In this document: piece after piece, positions 23,143-36,800 of the stretch
How positions within the stretch are numbered: position 1 is the first letter of the stretch
Layout: the number at the start of each line of letters is the position of its first letter
Origin: Trichinella spiralis
Lineage: Eukaryota
Direction: 5' to 3'
Assembly (NCBI RefSeq): GCF_000181795.1
Contig: NW_003526944.1
Coordinates: 4,570,646 to 4,619,444, forward strand
Length of the DNA stretch: 48,799 bases
The notes under the pieces: generated by a model
The model's database searches: none
Seen by the model: the letters and a program-made list of their open reading frames with translations, nothing else
Told to the model about the DNA's origin: nothing
Translations under genes and position numbers: made by a program

Positions 23143-25352
23143 TCATCGGTTGAAGCTGTTCTTAGTTTCTTGCAACGTCAATTCTTCTTCGAGCTCATGC
23201 AAATTCGTTTGCAGAACGTTAACTTCGTGCAAATTTCCAGACATCGCCGCCTGTTTTATATACCTGTAAAGCAAAAAAAATTGTTCGTTTCAAGCATGTC
23301 AGCTTTCGTCGGCTGAGCAGTAGAATAGTTAGTTAGTTAGTTATACTCTTTGATCAGGTAAATTTGCTGTTTCAGTGGTTCGATGTCGTCGAAATCCGTG
23401 GCCGAATCGTCGTCAAGCAAATGCTTTGTTGTACCGTCGGTGGAGGATGAGATGCTGGATCGGTCGCCACCGATGCGTTCCAAACGAGATTCCATCATCT
23501 CTGCATACCGTCGACTACCTTCTTCGAATTCTTTGCGCATCCTTTCCCGGTACTGTTCGTTCAGAACTTTGTATTCACTTTCGCTGGGCAGTGTCGGCGT
23601 GCTTGAGGCGACTTTTTGCATCAAAGTGACCATTGCCATGCGCACGTTGCGCTGCAGCAATTGTTGCTTTGGCTTGCAACTGGCGACATTCAACTTGCAA
23701 ATATTGTCACTTGAGGAAAAACAACAACAACATGAGAGGCGGTGGTTAATACAATGATCCTCGTTCACGCTAGGCTCTACACCAACCTGACACTGTCGAC
23801 TTGTTGAAGCAAGGTGGCCAACTTGGAACGTACTTGATGGGCAAATTCGAGCTCGAACAGAGATTCGCCATTGCTGCAAATGCAAGTTGCAGATGTTGCT
23901 GCTTAAACGAGGAGATACATACCCTAAACTGGACGCCATTTGTACACAAGTTGGATGCAACTTTTCAACTTCCGCTACGTACGATTGAAGACTCTGAAAT
24001 AGAGTACGTTTAGAGATATATTTTTTTTCTACTGTTTCATGTCACACTACACTGGTCATTTTAATAGCATTACTTCGTACAGTTCGACAATCATCGGTGA
24101 TGTTGAACATCTTTCCAACTGTTGTTCCCGTCGGTTCAACAATAACGCGCAACAATTGCAAATTCTTATCCGAAAATCCGCTTCCTTCAAAACAGAGATA
24201 CCAATTGGAATATTATTCAGTTATGCAATACGTTGTGATCTGTTGTTGTTTTACCTTCCCAGTCAAGCTACTGCTGCTATTTTCCACATTTTCCTTCCTC
24301 AACTTGGTAAAACTCCCAAACAACTGACCCGCTTTTTCTGTCAAACTGGAGATCCGATTTTTTTCACTGGATGATGTATCATCCGATTCTGTATCAGTGT
24401 TTGACATATTCATCGACATATTCAACTTTTCCAACTTGTAAGCGGCTGCGAAAGCTGGATTGGTCAACTTTTCTAATAATTAGAATAGAAGAAATTTTCA
24501 AACGGATAACTTCTGTTGATCATCAAAGAATTTTTGATCGACAAAGTTACTGGCAAAATCGAGCGATATGAATATACAGCAATCACTGCACAATATTTTC
24601 CCGCACAGTCGGCAGTGGTGACGTCGACGAGTAAGTGAAAATTTCACCTCACAAAACTGACACAGTTTCACGTCGTCATTGCTTATCCAAGGAACGACTG
24701 TCTGTTCAAAAACTGAAAAAAACTTTCTTTTAATGGAAACAATTTCGCAAAATATTACCATCATCATTGTTGATGAATATTATAATTCAAACGACGTTCG
24801 AAACGTTACGAAACCAAACACCTACTTTCGAATGTACCTTTTCGTTTGTTGATATCCATCGGATACTCGTTGTTGATCAGCTTATCCAAACGTATAACGA
24901 GCTTGTTGGTTTCGGCCACTGAAATGTCGACGTGTTCGTGGCGTAGTTTTTTAAAATATCTCGTTTGCGACGTCGTCACGCCTGAGAGTGAAAAACAATT
25001 TTATGAATGTGGAACATATTTTATGAAGAAATTGCATCCATGCACAATACCTAATTCTTGACATATGGAGCTTTTATTGACAACACTTGCTTCCAGACAT
25101 TCGATGAAGCCATCACTTTTGAAAATACGTTGTTTGGCACGATCGAACATGTCTGCATAAGAACAGCACAATCTTATTCAAATAATGCATAATTTTACAA
25201 AATCACTCGTTACCTTTGATTTGCGAAATAGGAACATCTTTGGATACTTTGCAATGTACTGTGCTGAAGTGAACATAAAGCTGTGTACTGCTGTAGCAGT
25301 TGTGCTTGCAAATTGGACACCAGAAACCTTCCTTGATATCATCGCATTGCAT
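23143..25352 (-). CDS. RBSN: Rabenosyn-5 (ZFYVE20/rabs-5), Rab5/Rab4 effector, multi-exon
   Basis: N-terminal C2H2 finger EGFWCPIC..LYVHFSTVH; ETNKLVIRLDKL; FYVE domain W..DDVKLCQFC..F..RRRHHCRLCGKILCSDC, completed after an insertion by RICNCC; C-terminal Rab-binding hairpin EPLKQQIYLIKEYIKQA..EVNVLQTNLHELEEE. Confidence 0.92.
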
Positions 25353-27775
25353 TTTTTACTGGCAAGAACAAACGTCAGCTACAGACTGACAAGCAAGCGT
25401 TTTGTGTTTTCACATCATCATAATATCAACAAGGGAAAATATGAATTTCTGAAATTGCGATCATTTCTTAAAACCCTATATATATATATATGTTTGTGAG
25501 TGCGTGTATTCTGAAAGATTTTATGCAAATTAGTACAACTAATACAACAATAATTAACTTGCAAGCAATGTCAACGTTCGCAGCAAAACTTTACTTACTG
25601 TAGAACAGTAAGAACGTAGCATGTATAATAATAGTGTGCAGTAATAATAAGTTGAAAAATTCAGTTAGAAGCAATTCTTTTGATATTGAATACTGAAACA
25701 TTTAACGCTTTTAGGAATGATATTTCATTACACAACCATTGAAATAAATATGTTTGTCCATAAGGTATAAAAATTTTCAAATGCAGTCGAAAGTGGAATG
25801 ATTTTTTGATATTTTTTAAAACAAAATAAAACGTTCAGTATAATTTAACAAATAAATAACTAAAAATTTATTTTTATTATTTGATAACAGTTTCTATCTA
25901 ATTCGAAGAAGTATAAGGAATGCGCAGATTTCCATTTGAAGGATTAACATTATGAAAAAATTTCTTTTGTGCTTGAAAAGTGCTTTTTTTAAAATAATTT
26001 TGAATTATATTTCAAAATTCATGCCCTGCGCAACACTTGCTACAAAATTCATATGTCGCTACTATATTTTCATACTGTAGAAAGTGGATGTGCGTTAGAT
26101 TGCTCCGTTGTAGTCCCTGAAAATTCTTGATCGAAAGGAAATATTTATTATCATAGGAAAATGCAATATAATCATATAACAATTGTTTTATTAATTTTTC
26201 TCTCATGCATGCAATTACAGATACAGTATTATACAGTAAAAAATTGAACTTACTTATAATTTTATCGTAAAACATTGGAGTACAGAAGCTTTTGCTCGTA
26301 GCTTTGTAAGAAAGCGGCGTAGCTCGGAAGCAGAGTATTCCATTCTGTTGAATTTTTATTTTTAATTTGTCTGCATATGAATAGTCGATAAATCTTTTAC
26401 CATATTAATTATAATGGTGAGTTTTTGCATTCCCCAATGGACAAAGTAGCTGTTTAATTAAAGTAATTGGGCGAATAACTTTTTTGTTACGCTTTATAAA
26501 TTACAAAGCAAAATGTACTTTTGCATAAGAACTAACTACACTACATTTTTGGGTATTGTTATTTTTATTTTGCCGACGATGTTCACAATGCAAGTCGAAC
26601 TGTCAAACGAATTACATTTAACTATGCTTTTACGCTTTGCTATGTAGAATTCAAGGTGTTGCTATTTTCAAATTTTTTAAAGAAATTCAACGTAATGTTT
26701 ATCAGTATTATTATAATTATTTTTGTTGTTGGGTATATTTATGCGAAAAATGAAAAAGACCGGTATCATCGAAGATAGCTGTTGGTTTTTGAAAGTTTTG
26801 ACTAAGTGGGCTTCATTTTATTCATGATGTCTTTTTTACATTTCAGAAATTGTTATCAGACTGCAGCAAAATTATATAATTCTCTTTCAAATTCTTGACG
26901 TACAATATATATAGCATCGAGATTTTTTTGATCCTTACATTAATTTGTGTCCAGGCTGAAAATCACTTTGTAGGTATTTCTGGAGTATTTTCGATGCTTA
27001 AAAGTAAAAATAATACCATTCGACGACTATTTCTGCAGTCAGGGGTGAAACATTTTTCATTTTCACTATATTTTACAACATTTAGTAGTTGAAGTATTGC
27101 AATGATTATTGAATTTTTTCCTTTGTGCATGCCTCTTTTTATTTAGTTGTTTTATAATATGAATTTTTTCAAACTAAAATTTGTTTGGGCAGTGTTAACA
27201 ATGTGATGATTTTGATATGCATTCTTTTAATGTTTTTCGGTTAATATGACAATTGCTTGTAAATTGTATAAGTTTTTGAAATGCGTGGTTTGAGTCTGCA
27301 TGTTTTTAACAAAATTAAAAAAAAATTAAATTGTACTTTTCGTCCATTACTTCAGTCGTAAACATTTCTAAAGATTTTGAAATTGTACAATCCAGTTTCG
27401 GACATTGTATTAGGATTCTATTTTATATGTACAGTATGCTACAATTTATGAGTGACATGTACGGTATTGTGATGAGCAAGTATTTTTGTGACAAATTTTT
27501 CAATGAAATTGAAAGTGGAAATTTTTTTTGCTAAAGTTATAAAATAGTTAAAGAAAATTTTTCAGTTTTATTTTTTAATGTATTTGTTAATTATTTTTTA
27601 TTTTTTAATTCTGTAATATATGGTTTAAGATTTGCAGGTAGTTTAAAGTGTGTTTTGTTTAAACTTTGAAGTTTTGTTTAAACTGTAGTTGTTATTTAAA
27701 ATTATTTTAATAGAAACAAAATTTTTGTAGGAAGTGCTTGGTAGTGTTTTTGGAAGGAAAGAATATACTCTGAAC

Positions 27776-30700
27776 ATGGTGAACATGAACTCGTTAAATG
27801 GTGCACATCAATTAATTCCTCCTGTTAGAGCTCCGGATACTGTATTTTCACAAAAACCCGGCGAACTGTTATGGAGAAGTGAACTTCACACTTATTCAAA
27901 CAGCCAGAAGTCAGATAATTCTAGACCGATTAGAAGTCCAAAGGTTTTGCAGAAATTACCTTTTAGTCATTTGGAATCGACGACGGCGGCAAAATCTTTG
28001 CCGGCCCACATTCCAACAGTTACACGACTGTCATCTGACGGCAGTGCTCAGGTGGCATTTTCAGACTCCACGCCGAAGGCTTTCAAAGCAGCTAACGTTA
28101 ATTTACAGAAAAGCGCCACTTTTGCGCCGTGCCGTTTGCGAACTTTTCCCGACAGTCGCGCTGGTCTGCCATTTGACAGCGGTGTGCTATCTTTTCCCGA
28201 AGTTGGCAGTCCAAGTAGTTTTAATTTAGCAGAATTTTTTCCCAACGACAACAGTTCACTCATCTCCGGTTTTTGTAAAAAGCTGTCTTCGTCATCGTTT
28301 GGCTTTCCACGAACTTTTCCCGGAATTGGTCGTGAACTGAAGCAGCCAACTGCTGCTGAACAGCCAGCAGGAAATGTTGGAAAAGTTGCAGATTTTTTCA
28401 AATCCAATATTAGCGAACCCTTGAATAAAGTTCATCAACAACAGCATCAACAACAACAGCAACAACAACAGCAGCAGCAGCAGCAGCGTTTTACGCCAAT
28501 TTTGGGCGACAGATTCTTACCATTGTTGCAAATGAAGTCGAGTAATAAAATGGTCCCCAAAGCGAAACCCGCCTCTCCTTTGGGCGATTTGGTGAAACGG
28601 TCGAAATGCCACAGCGAAGGCAACAGTTATGCAAATAGCTTCAAACGGCCGGCCGATTCTGCATCGGATGAAGAGCGGCAGTCAAATATACCGGTGAAAG
28701 TGGAAAAGTTGGAAACGGTCGAATCGAACAACGGTGACGTTGATGACGGTGATTTGGGTGAAAATTTTTTCGGCGAATTTCAGCCGAGGGCGTTGGAAAA
28801 GCCGATCGAGAAGCCTTTGCGCCGGAACACCATTTCAAGCGGTAAAAGTGAACCCCACTGGGAAGGCGAAGATTACACAACGCGCTGCTTTTGCGGAATG
28901 ACTCACAACGACGAGTTCATGGTCCAGTGCGACAAGTGCGAGGTGTGGCAGCACTGCGACTGCGTCGGTTTGGAAATGTCCCGCATACCGGAAAATTATC
29001 TCTGCGAGCTGTGCGATCCGAGGACGTTGCCTTTGAGTTTGGAAGAAGCGAAATTGATACAGATGAAGAAATTGAAGCAACGTGCTCGGAATCGAACTCG
29101 CAAAGGTAGCGGCGGCGGCGGGAGCTGGGGCTGTCGTGGGCGACCGAAAAGGGAAAACGACTCTGCCGAACTCAGCTTGGACCAGTGGCTCGATTCCCTC
29201 ACTGATACGCAGGGTGCGAAAAAGATACTGGACTTGCTGCCGTCTGAAAGTTTGTGCAAGGCGATGTTCGTGGCCGTTCAGACGCACGGTTTGGTCGCGT
29301 TGAAGAAGATTTCGTCCGGTCAACCGATTGCCGAATGCATCCTCAAGCCTCATTTGGCTCGGGATAAGCAGGATATTTTGGCCAACGGAGTGGTGTCGTC
29401 GCCGTGGCTTTTGTTCCAAGATTTGAAAGTGAACGGCTCCACTGGGCCGGTTGATTTGTGCGTCGACGCTTCGGACACGGATTTTGCCCATTTACGTCGA
29501 TCATGTCATCCCAATAGTCAAGTATGCGATGTTGTGTTTTGGATTGGATTTTTCAATCATAAGTATTATATAATTAATTTCACGCATTTTATTTCAGATT
29601 CACACGGTTGTTCACAACGGACAACTGCGTTTTGTACTCGTTGCTGCGGCTGACATTTCTGAAATGGTTGAAATTACCATACCATTCGATTACGATTATA
29701 CCAAGAGGTGCGTAATGTATATTTTTGAAATGCAATGGTTTTTCTTTTCATTTTAAAATAAAATTTTCTTAGTTGATAAAATTGTTAAAAATAATTTCAT
29801 TATTATATTTATTTATAATGGAAAATTCAAGTATAATCTCAATGCATATTTTCTTAGCGTATATATTTTTTTTGATTCTACATTTATAAATGAAAGTGTA
29901 TTATTGAATGTGAAATTGTTGAATTGGATGGGTATTTTCAGTTCGGTTCCTGTTACGTGTAGCTGTTTTTCGATTCATCCGACTTTACGTTCAAAGCCTT
30001 GTCTGGTGGACGGTTTTAAAAAGCGTGCTGGCTCGAAAGGTAAACTCGCACAGCAGCATATTAACGACAAAGAGGAAAATAAGGGCAAAGGGAAATTGAA
30101 CGCAGCATCCGGTGGTGGCAAGGGTTGTGCAGCGGCAAAAGCCGGCGTGAAAAAGCCGACGCAACGTAAAGCGAAAAGGGAAAAATTGAAATTGCGTTGG
30201 CGTTTCGACACGAATCTGATTCGTCGAAACAATGTTGAAGAGAAAGACAAAAGCAGCGTCGACAGTACGACAACGGTGAAACATACGGGCGAAGGCAATG
30301 CCGACGTGGACAGTAGGGATGTTGTCGGCAGGGGGGTCGGTGCTGCTGATGCGGAAGCGGTTGCCGACGATGAAGCTGAACCGGTGACGTCGTCGGCTCG
30401 GTCGAAGCCGGCAGCAGCAGCAGCATTCGACGAGCCGAACCAGCAGCAGCAGGGTCGACAAAAGCAGAGAAATGAGTCGAAGGCGAAACGAGGTAGCATC
30501 GAGCTGGCACGTCTCCGCAAAGACTACTGGTATTCCAGGCAGGTCGAGGAGACTAGCGGCGAGTCTGGTGCCGGCGGGGTCGACTGGACTTTGCCGAACG
30601 AGAGGACGAAAACGTCGACCCGGGAAGAGAGGAAAATGCAGTCGATAATGAAGTACATCCACTGGATGGAAGAGCAGGAGAAGAAGTTGCAACGGAAACG

Positions 30701-32583
30701 TGGTTCTCAGCAAGCGGCCGACCGTCGACCGGAGAAAAAGCAACCGCGTCGTCGAAGCTTGGGTGACGTGGCGTTGTTGAATCGAACAAAACAAGTGGAA
30801 GCTGCAAAGCCGGACGACGACCGTGGTGCAGATTCTGCATTTGACGGCGGCGACTTGGGCGAGTCGACGAAAGTGGTGAACATTTTGGACAATCTCCACC
30901 AGCCGAACTCGGTGAGTTAAAAAAAAAAATTTTTTTTTGGTTTTGTTTTTTCCTCACCCCACCCCTCCGGCTGTTGCTTCATTTGTGCCCATCAATTTTT
31001 CAGGAACACGCGAAAGATAGTGTTGGTGAATTGATTGAAAAAGTTGTCGAACAGCAAGCTGATCTGATGTCGAATATGAACAACGACAAGGTGAGGGTAT
31101 ATTTTTTGTTTTGCGTTGCATACAGAATAGAATGGCGTGGTGTAATAGTAGTAATAGTAGTGAGAAGAGGGCAAAAATTTTTATCCATTTTTTCTTTCAG
31201 CACGTTTTCCAGCAAAAGACCGACTTGCAAATTCATCGTGAACAATGTACAAATGATAATAATAATAATAATAATGACAGTAAATTAAGTATTGTTCAAC
31301 AACGATTTCCGTGGGATAAAAGTTTGCTGTTAACAGCAGCAGCAGCAGCGCTTAATAGTAGTAAAACGACAGAAGAGGTATTTTGAGTTTGCACTTTTAT
31401 AATAATATTTCTGATTATTTTAGTCCATCGAATACATTTTATAGGCACGTCAAAAGATGATTAATATTGAAACGTTGAATCAGATTGGTAACAGTGGGTA
31501 TTCGAGAAGCGAATTTCACGCCAACGCTGCTGCTTTACCGAAAAGGAAGCTCTCTTTGGACGAGTATAAGCATCGAAAGCAGATCAACGAGGGCGATGTC
31601 AGTGATAACAAAGAACACAACACACCACCACCCCCACCCTCACCACTACCACCACCCCCATCATTGTTGGAGAAACCGAAATCATTTTTTCCGGATATGA
31701 GCTGTAAGCATTGGGGTATTGTTGGAATTTTGCGTTTGGATGTGATCAATTTCACCTTGTTGCAGATGACATGCTGAAATCGTTGGCGTTGCATTTCAAC
31801 AACCCGGTTGGCGGCGGCGTACCGACTTTGCCTGTTGAAAGATCTACTCTTCCTGATTTGACCACACCTGCAATTCCTTGCAGTTTGGAAACATCTGATA
31901 ATTTGAACTTGTCAGCGAATGAAGATCAGGTAAACGATTACTTATTTATTAATTGGATGAGAAATAGCATCATGGAATAATAATAAAATGTGTAACTGCA
32001 TTTAGAATGGCACCTTTGAAATGCAGACGGCGAATGCATCGAACACAAATTTTGACCAAAACAGAAAGGTGAAAGCACGTGCTTGTGTTTAGACTGTTTT
32101 CGTATTGAAATGATGATTCTTTCTTTTTTAAAGGACAAATATCAGGATATCTGTAATGTGCAGTTGGTTGTACTTCCGATGAAAAGTACGGGAAATAATG
32201 AAGAAAAAAAAGCTTCACCATCGTTATCAGAAGAAGATCATAAAGCGGTGGAAAAGAATAATTTGGCTAATATTTATCGTCAGTTCAATGAATGGAAAAA
32301 ATCACCCATGTTGTTTATTGACGATGTTGTTCCAGCAAAAGTTTCCCGACAAGAGCAGACATGCTCCGTTGATATGAGCCTAGTGGTGAACAACAACGAC
32401 AGTAACGGTGGTTACAGCTGCAGCGTTGGCAAGAAGAAAAAAGCGACTGGTGCATCTTCAACGGTGGTATCTGCTGTTGTAGAACAGTGCGCATCCGCTG
32501 CTGTTGAGGGAAGAGGAGGGGATTTGGATGGCAATTTCGAATTGAACGAAGGGGAATGCATTGAACGGCAGCGGCAGCAGTAG
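27776..32583 (+). CDS. KMT2E/SETD5: PHD finger + degenerate SET domain protein of the KMT2E(MLL5)/SETD5/UpSET/SET-26 family; exons about 27776-29521, 29598-29707, 29942-30911, 31004-31090, 31201-31377, 31445-31703, 31766-31929, 32006-32068, 32134-32583
   Basis: PHD TRCFCGMTHNDEFMVQCDKCEVWQHCDC..YLCELCDPR; SET with RRSCHPN and EITIPFDYDY; family motifs STREERKMQ and KRKLSLDEYKHRKQ. A splice acceptor at 27730 suggests an upstream exon, so the start is uncertain. Confidence 0.88.
28433..28486 (+). repeat. CAA/CAG repeat encoding a poly-Q tract (HQQQH-Q13) in the PHD-SET gene
   Basis: Read directly, in frame within ORF 27734-29653. Confidence 0.9.
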
Positions 32584-33826
32584 TAGTCGTTTTTTTTTGT
32601 TCGATCTCAGATCTGTTCGAAATTGCGTTCCCGCCCCACCCTCTTTTTCTGATTCCGTTTCTTTTTTAATCTGTATTTCTAATTTTTTTTTTCAATTTTA
32701 TTTTCCATTAATCCAATCGAACAGGAGATTCCGCTTTTGAAACGTTTCCTGTTGTTTTCTTTTTCTTTCCATGCGAACGAGTTCGATTTGGTAATTTTTT
32801 TTCTTTTCACAAATTCGAAATTGCGGTGCGTCTCTACAGACATTTTTCTATCATATCTGATGCAAATGGAGATGAGCTTTTTTACACTTTTTGTTCAAAC
32901 ACATGTATGTATATAATTTTTTTATTATTTTGTTTTTCTGTTGACATTTCTGCGTGTATGTAAAACAACAATACCCCCCGAATTTGTTATGAAAATACGC
33001 GTTTTCATTATTATTCTTATATCCTATTAGCATAGGTTATTTAGTTATTTTTACTACATTATATAGAGAGATGCCTCAGTTTATTATTATTTTTTTTGCT
33101 ATTTTGTGTTTTGATATTTTGTAGGCTTACTTGCTTGTGTACATCGTGTTGCTTTTTTTACACGTACTACTACTACTGCTGCGGCGTATGTGGTCGTTGT
33201 CGTCGTCGTATACTAAAAAAAAGTGCAGACATTACTGTGATACAAGTAAAAAATTTTAGTTGCGTTTGTTGCATTTCGTTTAACATGTATGATGTGATTG
33301 ATATCCCATTCAGTGTATGCGATTTGTTCCGTGGTTTTTTTTGAAATTTCTTGTAATTAATTATTCGTGCATTGTTTGGTGTGCTTTATTCTTGTTGTTG
33401 ACTGTTGTGAGAGAAGAGGGATATTTTGCGATTGAATTTTGTTTCAATTATTTCTGAAATGCGATATTCAAATTTCACAGCTATACAGAACTTGGTGAAC
33501 TTTGTTCCAAACAACAAGAAAAGGCAAGAAGAAAAGTTCTTTTTTTCAAACAAACAGAATATTACGTATGAGAGTTTTGTTGGAATATAAGAGAAGATCA
33601 TCGCCGATCAGCAAGTCATCTATCTGCTGAAATCTGCTAGTAGATGTTGAAAATCTGCAACTGTCGGCAATGATGAGGAAAAAAAGAATAATCTCAACGC
33701 ACGAATGTAATAAAACCTAGGAATATATACACAGAGTCCGCACACTTTTTCCAAATAATTGATTCGATTTGTCGATTCTGTGTTCGACATTATGACCAGG
33801 CTTTTGGGTTTTTTTGTTCGAAGCGT

Positions 33827-36800
33827 TCAGAAACGCTCAATGATCAACCGTCTCGACCGACTCCGGAAAACTTGGCCAACGGTCAGTTGTCCAATCTCGT
33901 ACTGGATATCGGTCTGCTTGTTGCTGACCGTGGCGATTGGTGGTTGTTTTGCCATCTCATCTGCAAACTGCTTGTCGCGTTTGTTTTCCCAAAACAGGAA
34001 CAATATTGGAAAAATCATCTGCAAAAGATAAATCGGTTGGAAAAAGGTGCAACTTCCGCGCGCATTAAAAATTACCATGATCAAATTCAGTGTGGCTACG
34101 TGTGAAGAAGTCCACGGAAAACCGATCAAATCGACCAACAAACCACCCAAAGTTGGTCCGACGAATGCCCTGAAAAAGTTTCCATTTCACTTTTCCACAA
34201 TTTTCATATCAAAGGACAAGACAAACCCTAGCGAAAACGCAGACGTATAGAAGCCGGATACCAACGCGTAGGTTGAGAAATTATTCGGATAGCCATGTTT
34301 GCTGGAAATTAAAATGACATTGATGTATTATAATTTCATCTCCTAACGGTGACAAAATCAATTCAAAATTGAACTTACAGGGTTGAATGCAAGCAGTAAT
34401 GGTACGACGTCACTACTGTAATTCCCAGTCCGCATCCGTAGATCGCTTGTCCAATGCAAACGTTGGTCAACGATCTGCGAGCGAATAAATAACTTGTTGT
34501 AATTTGGTGGTTAGTCAGTTTTTCTACATATTTATTTGCACGCTTACAATTCTAAAGGCAAATATGGAACGGGACCAATCAGCAGAATGCTAATACCAGA
34601 GATGAAGAATCCAAAAGCCATCACTTGTAACGTACAATGCTGAAAAGAGAATTGAATATTTGTGAAAAGGAAGGAAGAAAGAAAAAAATCCTCATCACAA
34701 CAACAAACCCATTTGTCCACAATTATACCGACCAGTGGTGACGTGAGCGAGTAAGTGGCCGACAGCAACAAAAACAACAACCCAAGCACTTCTGGTTCGA
34801 GATTAAGCTGTATGGATTTTTTTAATATAGAGAGGATAGGTAAGGGAATTCAATTTTTTTCTCTTTTTTATTTTTACTTACAACTTCAAGATGCGGAGCC
34901 AGAGTTGGATCGAAGAAAGAAATGGTCATCATGCCGACGAAAATGCTGAACAATGCCAAGAATAAATCTGGCTTGAAGACCAACAGCCAGGCATTTTTTC
35001 CAACGACTGGCATCAGTTCTGAAATTCAAGGATAATTTCTCACAGTATTATTTTCAGTGCTGTGTGAAAATATCAATTACCTACCCTCAGTATTGTCAAC
35101 CGTGTCGACAAACACCGACACAACGGCAAACGCTAGCAGGATCAAGCCAAATGTGGTGAACGGCAAGTGAAAACTGCCAAGCTGAAAATTTCATTTGTTC
35201 GTTCAATGGTTGCGTGAGTATATTTATTTATTTTTGAATTACTTTGAAAAGAATTCCTCCAAGTGGTGGACCAAGCATGAATCCCATACCGTTGAACACT
35301 TCCAAAATACCCTGCAGTGTGATCGATCATCAATAATAACGGAGGAGAATAAGTTTTTCAAAAATAAGAAATACAAATTTTTTCCTCTTACAATAACAGT
35401 AGCCACTTTTCCAGGAAATCGATGTGCAACAATGGAAAATGCGGCGGTCATGTAGGCGGCCGATCCGACGCCTTCGAAAGCCCTGATCACTATGCCCAAA
35501 GAGATGAAACTCGAATCCATTGGGCACATATCAAGAAGTCTGAATATAAAGTATGTTCATATTTATTATTGTATTCCAATTTTTTTATTTTAAATTGAAC
35601 TTATTGCTTTCCATTGAAATAATAGATTAATTTCAAAACAGTGCAAGTGCATACAGCATGTAAATAAATTAAATGCTTTCAATGAATGACTGAATTTAAA
35701 AGATGATTAAAATAGATTAGATTATTTTTTTGAAAAAGAATTTTCTTTTTTCAAATTAAACGTTGAACGTCATGATCAAGCAAGTGAGCATAGAAGAAGT
35801 GCTGGTGGATTGAAGAGGAAATTTCAGATTTACCCGAATAGAATTGCAGTCCAAGCAGCGATGAACAATCCAGCGGAAAACATGAACTTTATACCGATGT
35901 GACTTGCCTGGAGAAATTGAAATAATTTTCAATTTCATTCAGTTGAAGAAATATGAAAAAAAAATTATTACATATTTTCCACAAAGAGGGGACAGAAGAA
36001 AGATGACCAACTGCATGACGCCGAAAACCAAACCGATCTCTGTTTCGCTGGCCCCTCTTCCTCTAGCCTGAAAACATCAAGCAAAGCAAAAACAAGCGTG
36101 TTGCTTTTCAAAATCATAATGCAACAACAACAACAACAACAACAGTAATGCTTTTGCAGAGAAGATCATTATCGAATTTCATTATGCAAAAAAAGGAATT
36201 GTTGCTTCTTATATTTTGTTCACTTTGATTGTATTTTGCTAAATTATGCTGCATTCATTCACATTTGTTTGCAACAAGTTTTTCTTGTTACTTTCTTAAT
36301 ATATATTTTATAGGAAAAAACTCATGATGTAAATTTTTTTTTCTCGCTTCAATGCAAGTTTGTGTGTGTATTTGTGTGATGTGAAAGAAAAGGCAAAGCT
36401 TTCTCAGGTGAAATGAATGAAAAACGGTCATAAAAGCAACCATTGGACAATAATAATAATAATTCCACTGACTTCTGCTCTGAAGATTCTTTCTGGAACT
36501 GCTGCTGTCCTGCATAAACAGCGAAACTTTCAAACTGGATCATCATACTGGACACGAGTGCAATTAATTTCGGCATTTTATTATTAGCGGAATCATCTTC
36601 GCAAAGGTATCATTTTTCCCCATCAAGCAGACCTGTTTGTTCTACAGTTGCATGTATACACATATATATATATATATACATACATACATATATGTTCGGT
36701 CAACTTTGCCCAAAGAAACTGTCAAAGGCTAGGCCAGCCTCTTTCTTCTACTACTCTCCACCAATGAACTGCCGAACGAGAGCCATTAATGAATGATATA

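Noticed and set aside
23337..23960. 207-aa continuous ORF in rabenosyn
   Set aside because: Runs by chance through two short introns; the true middle exon is in another frame (GNGESLFELEFAHQVRSKL).
28835..30957. Long antisense ORFs (218, 302, 181 aa) over the PHD-SET exons
   Set aside because: Shadow ORFs expected opposite GC-richer coding exons; no domain features.
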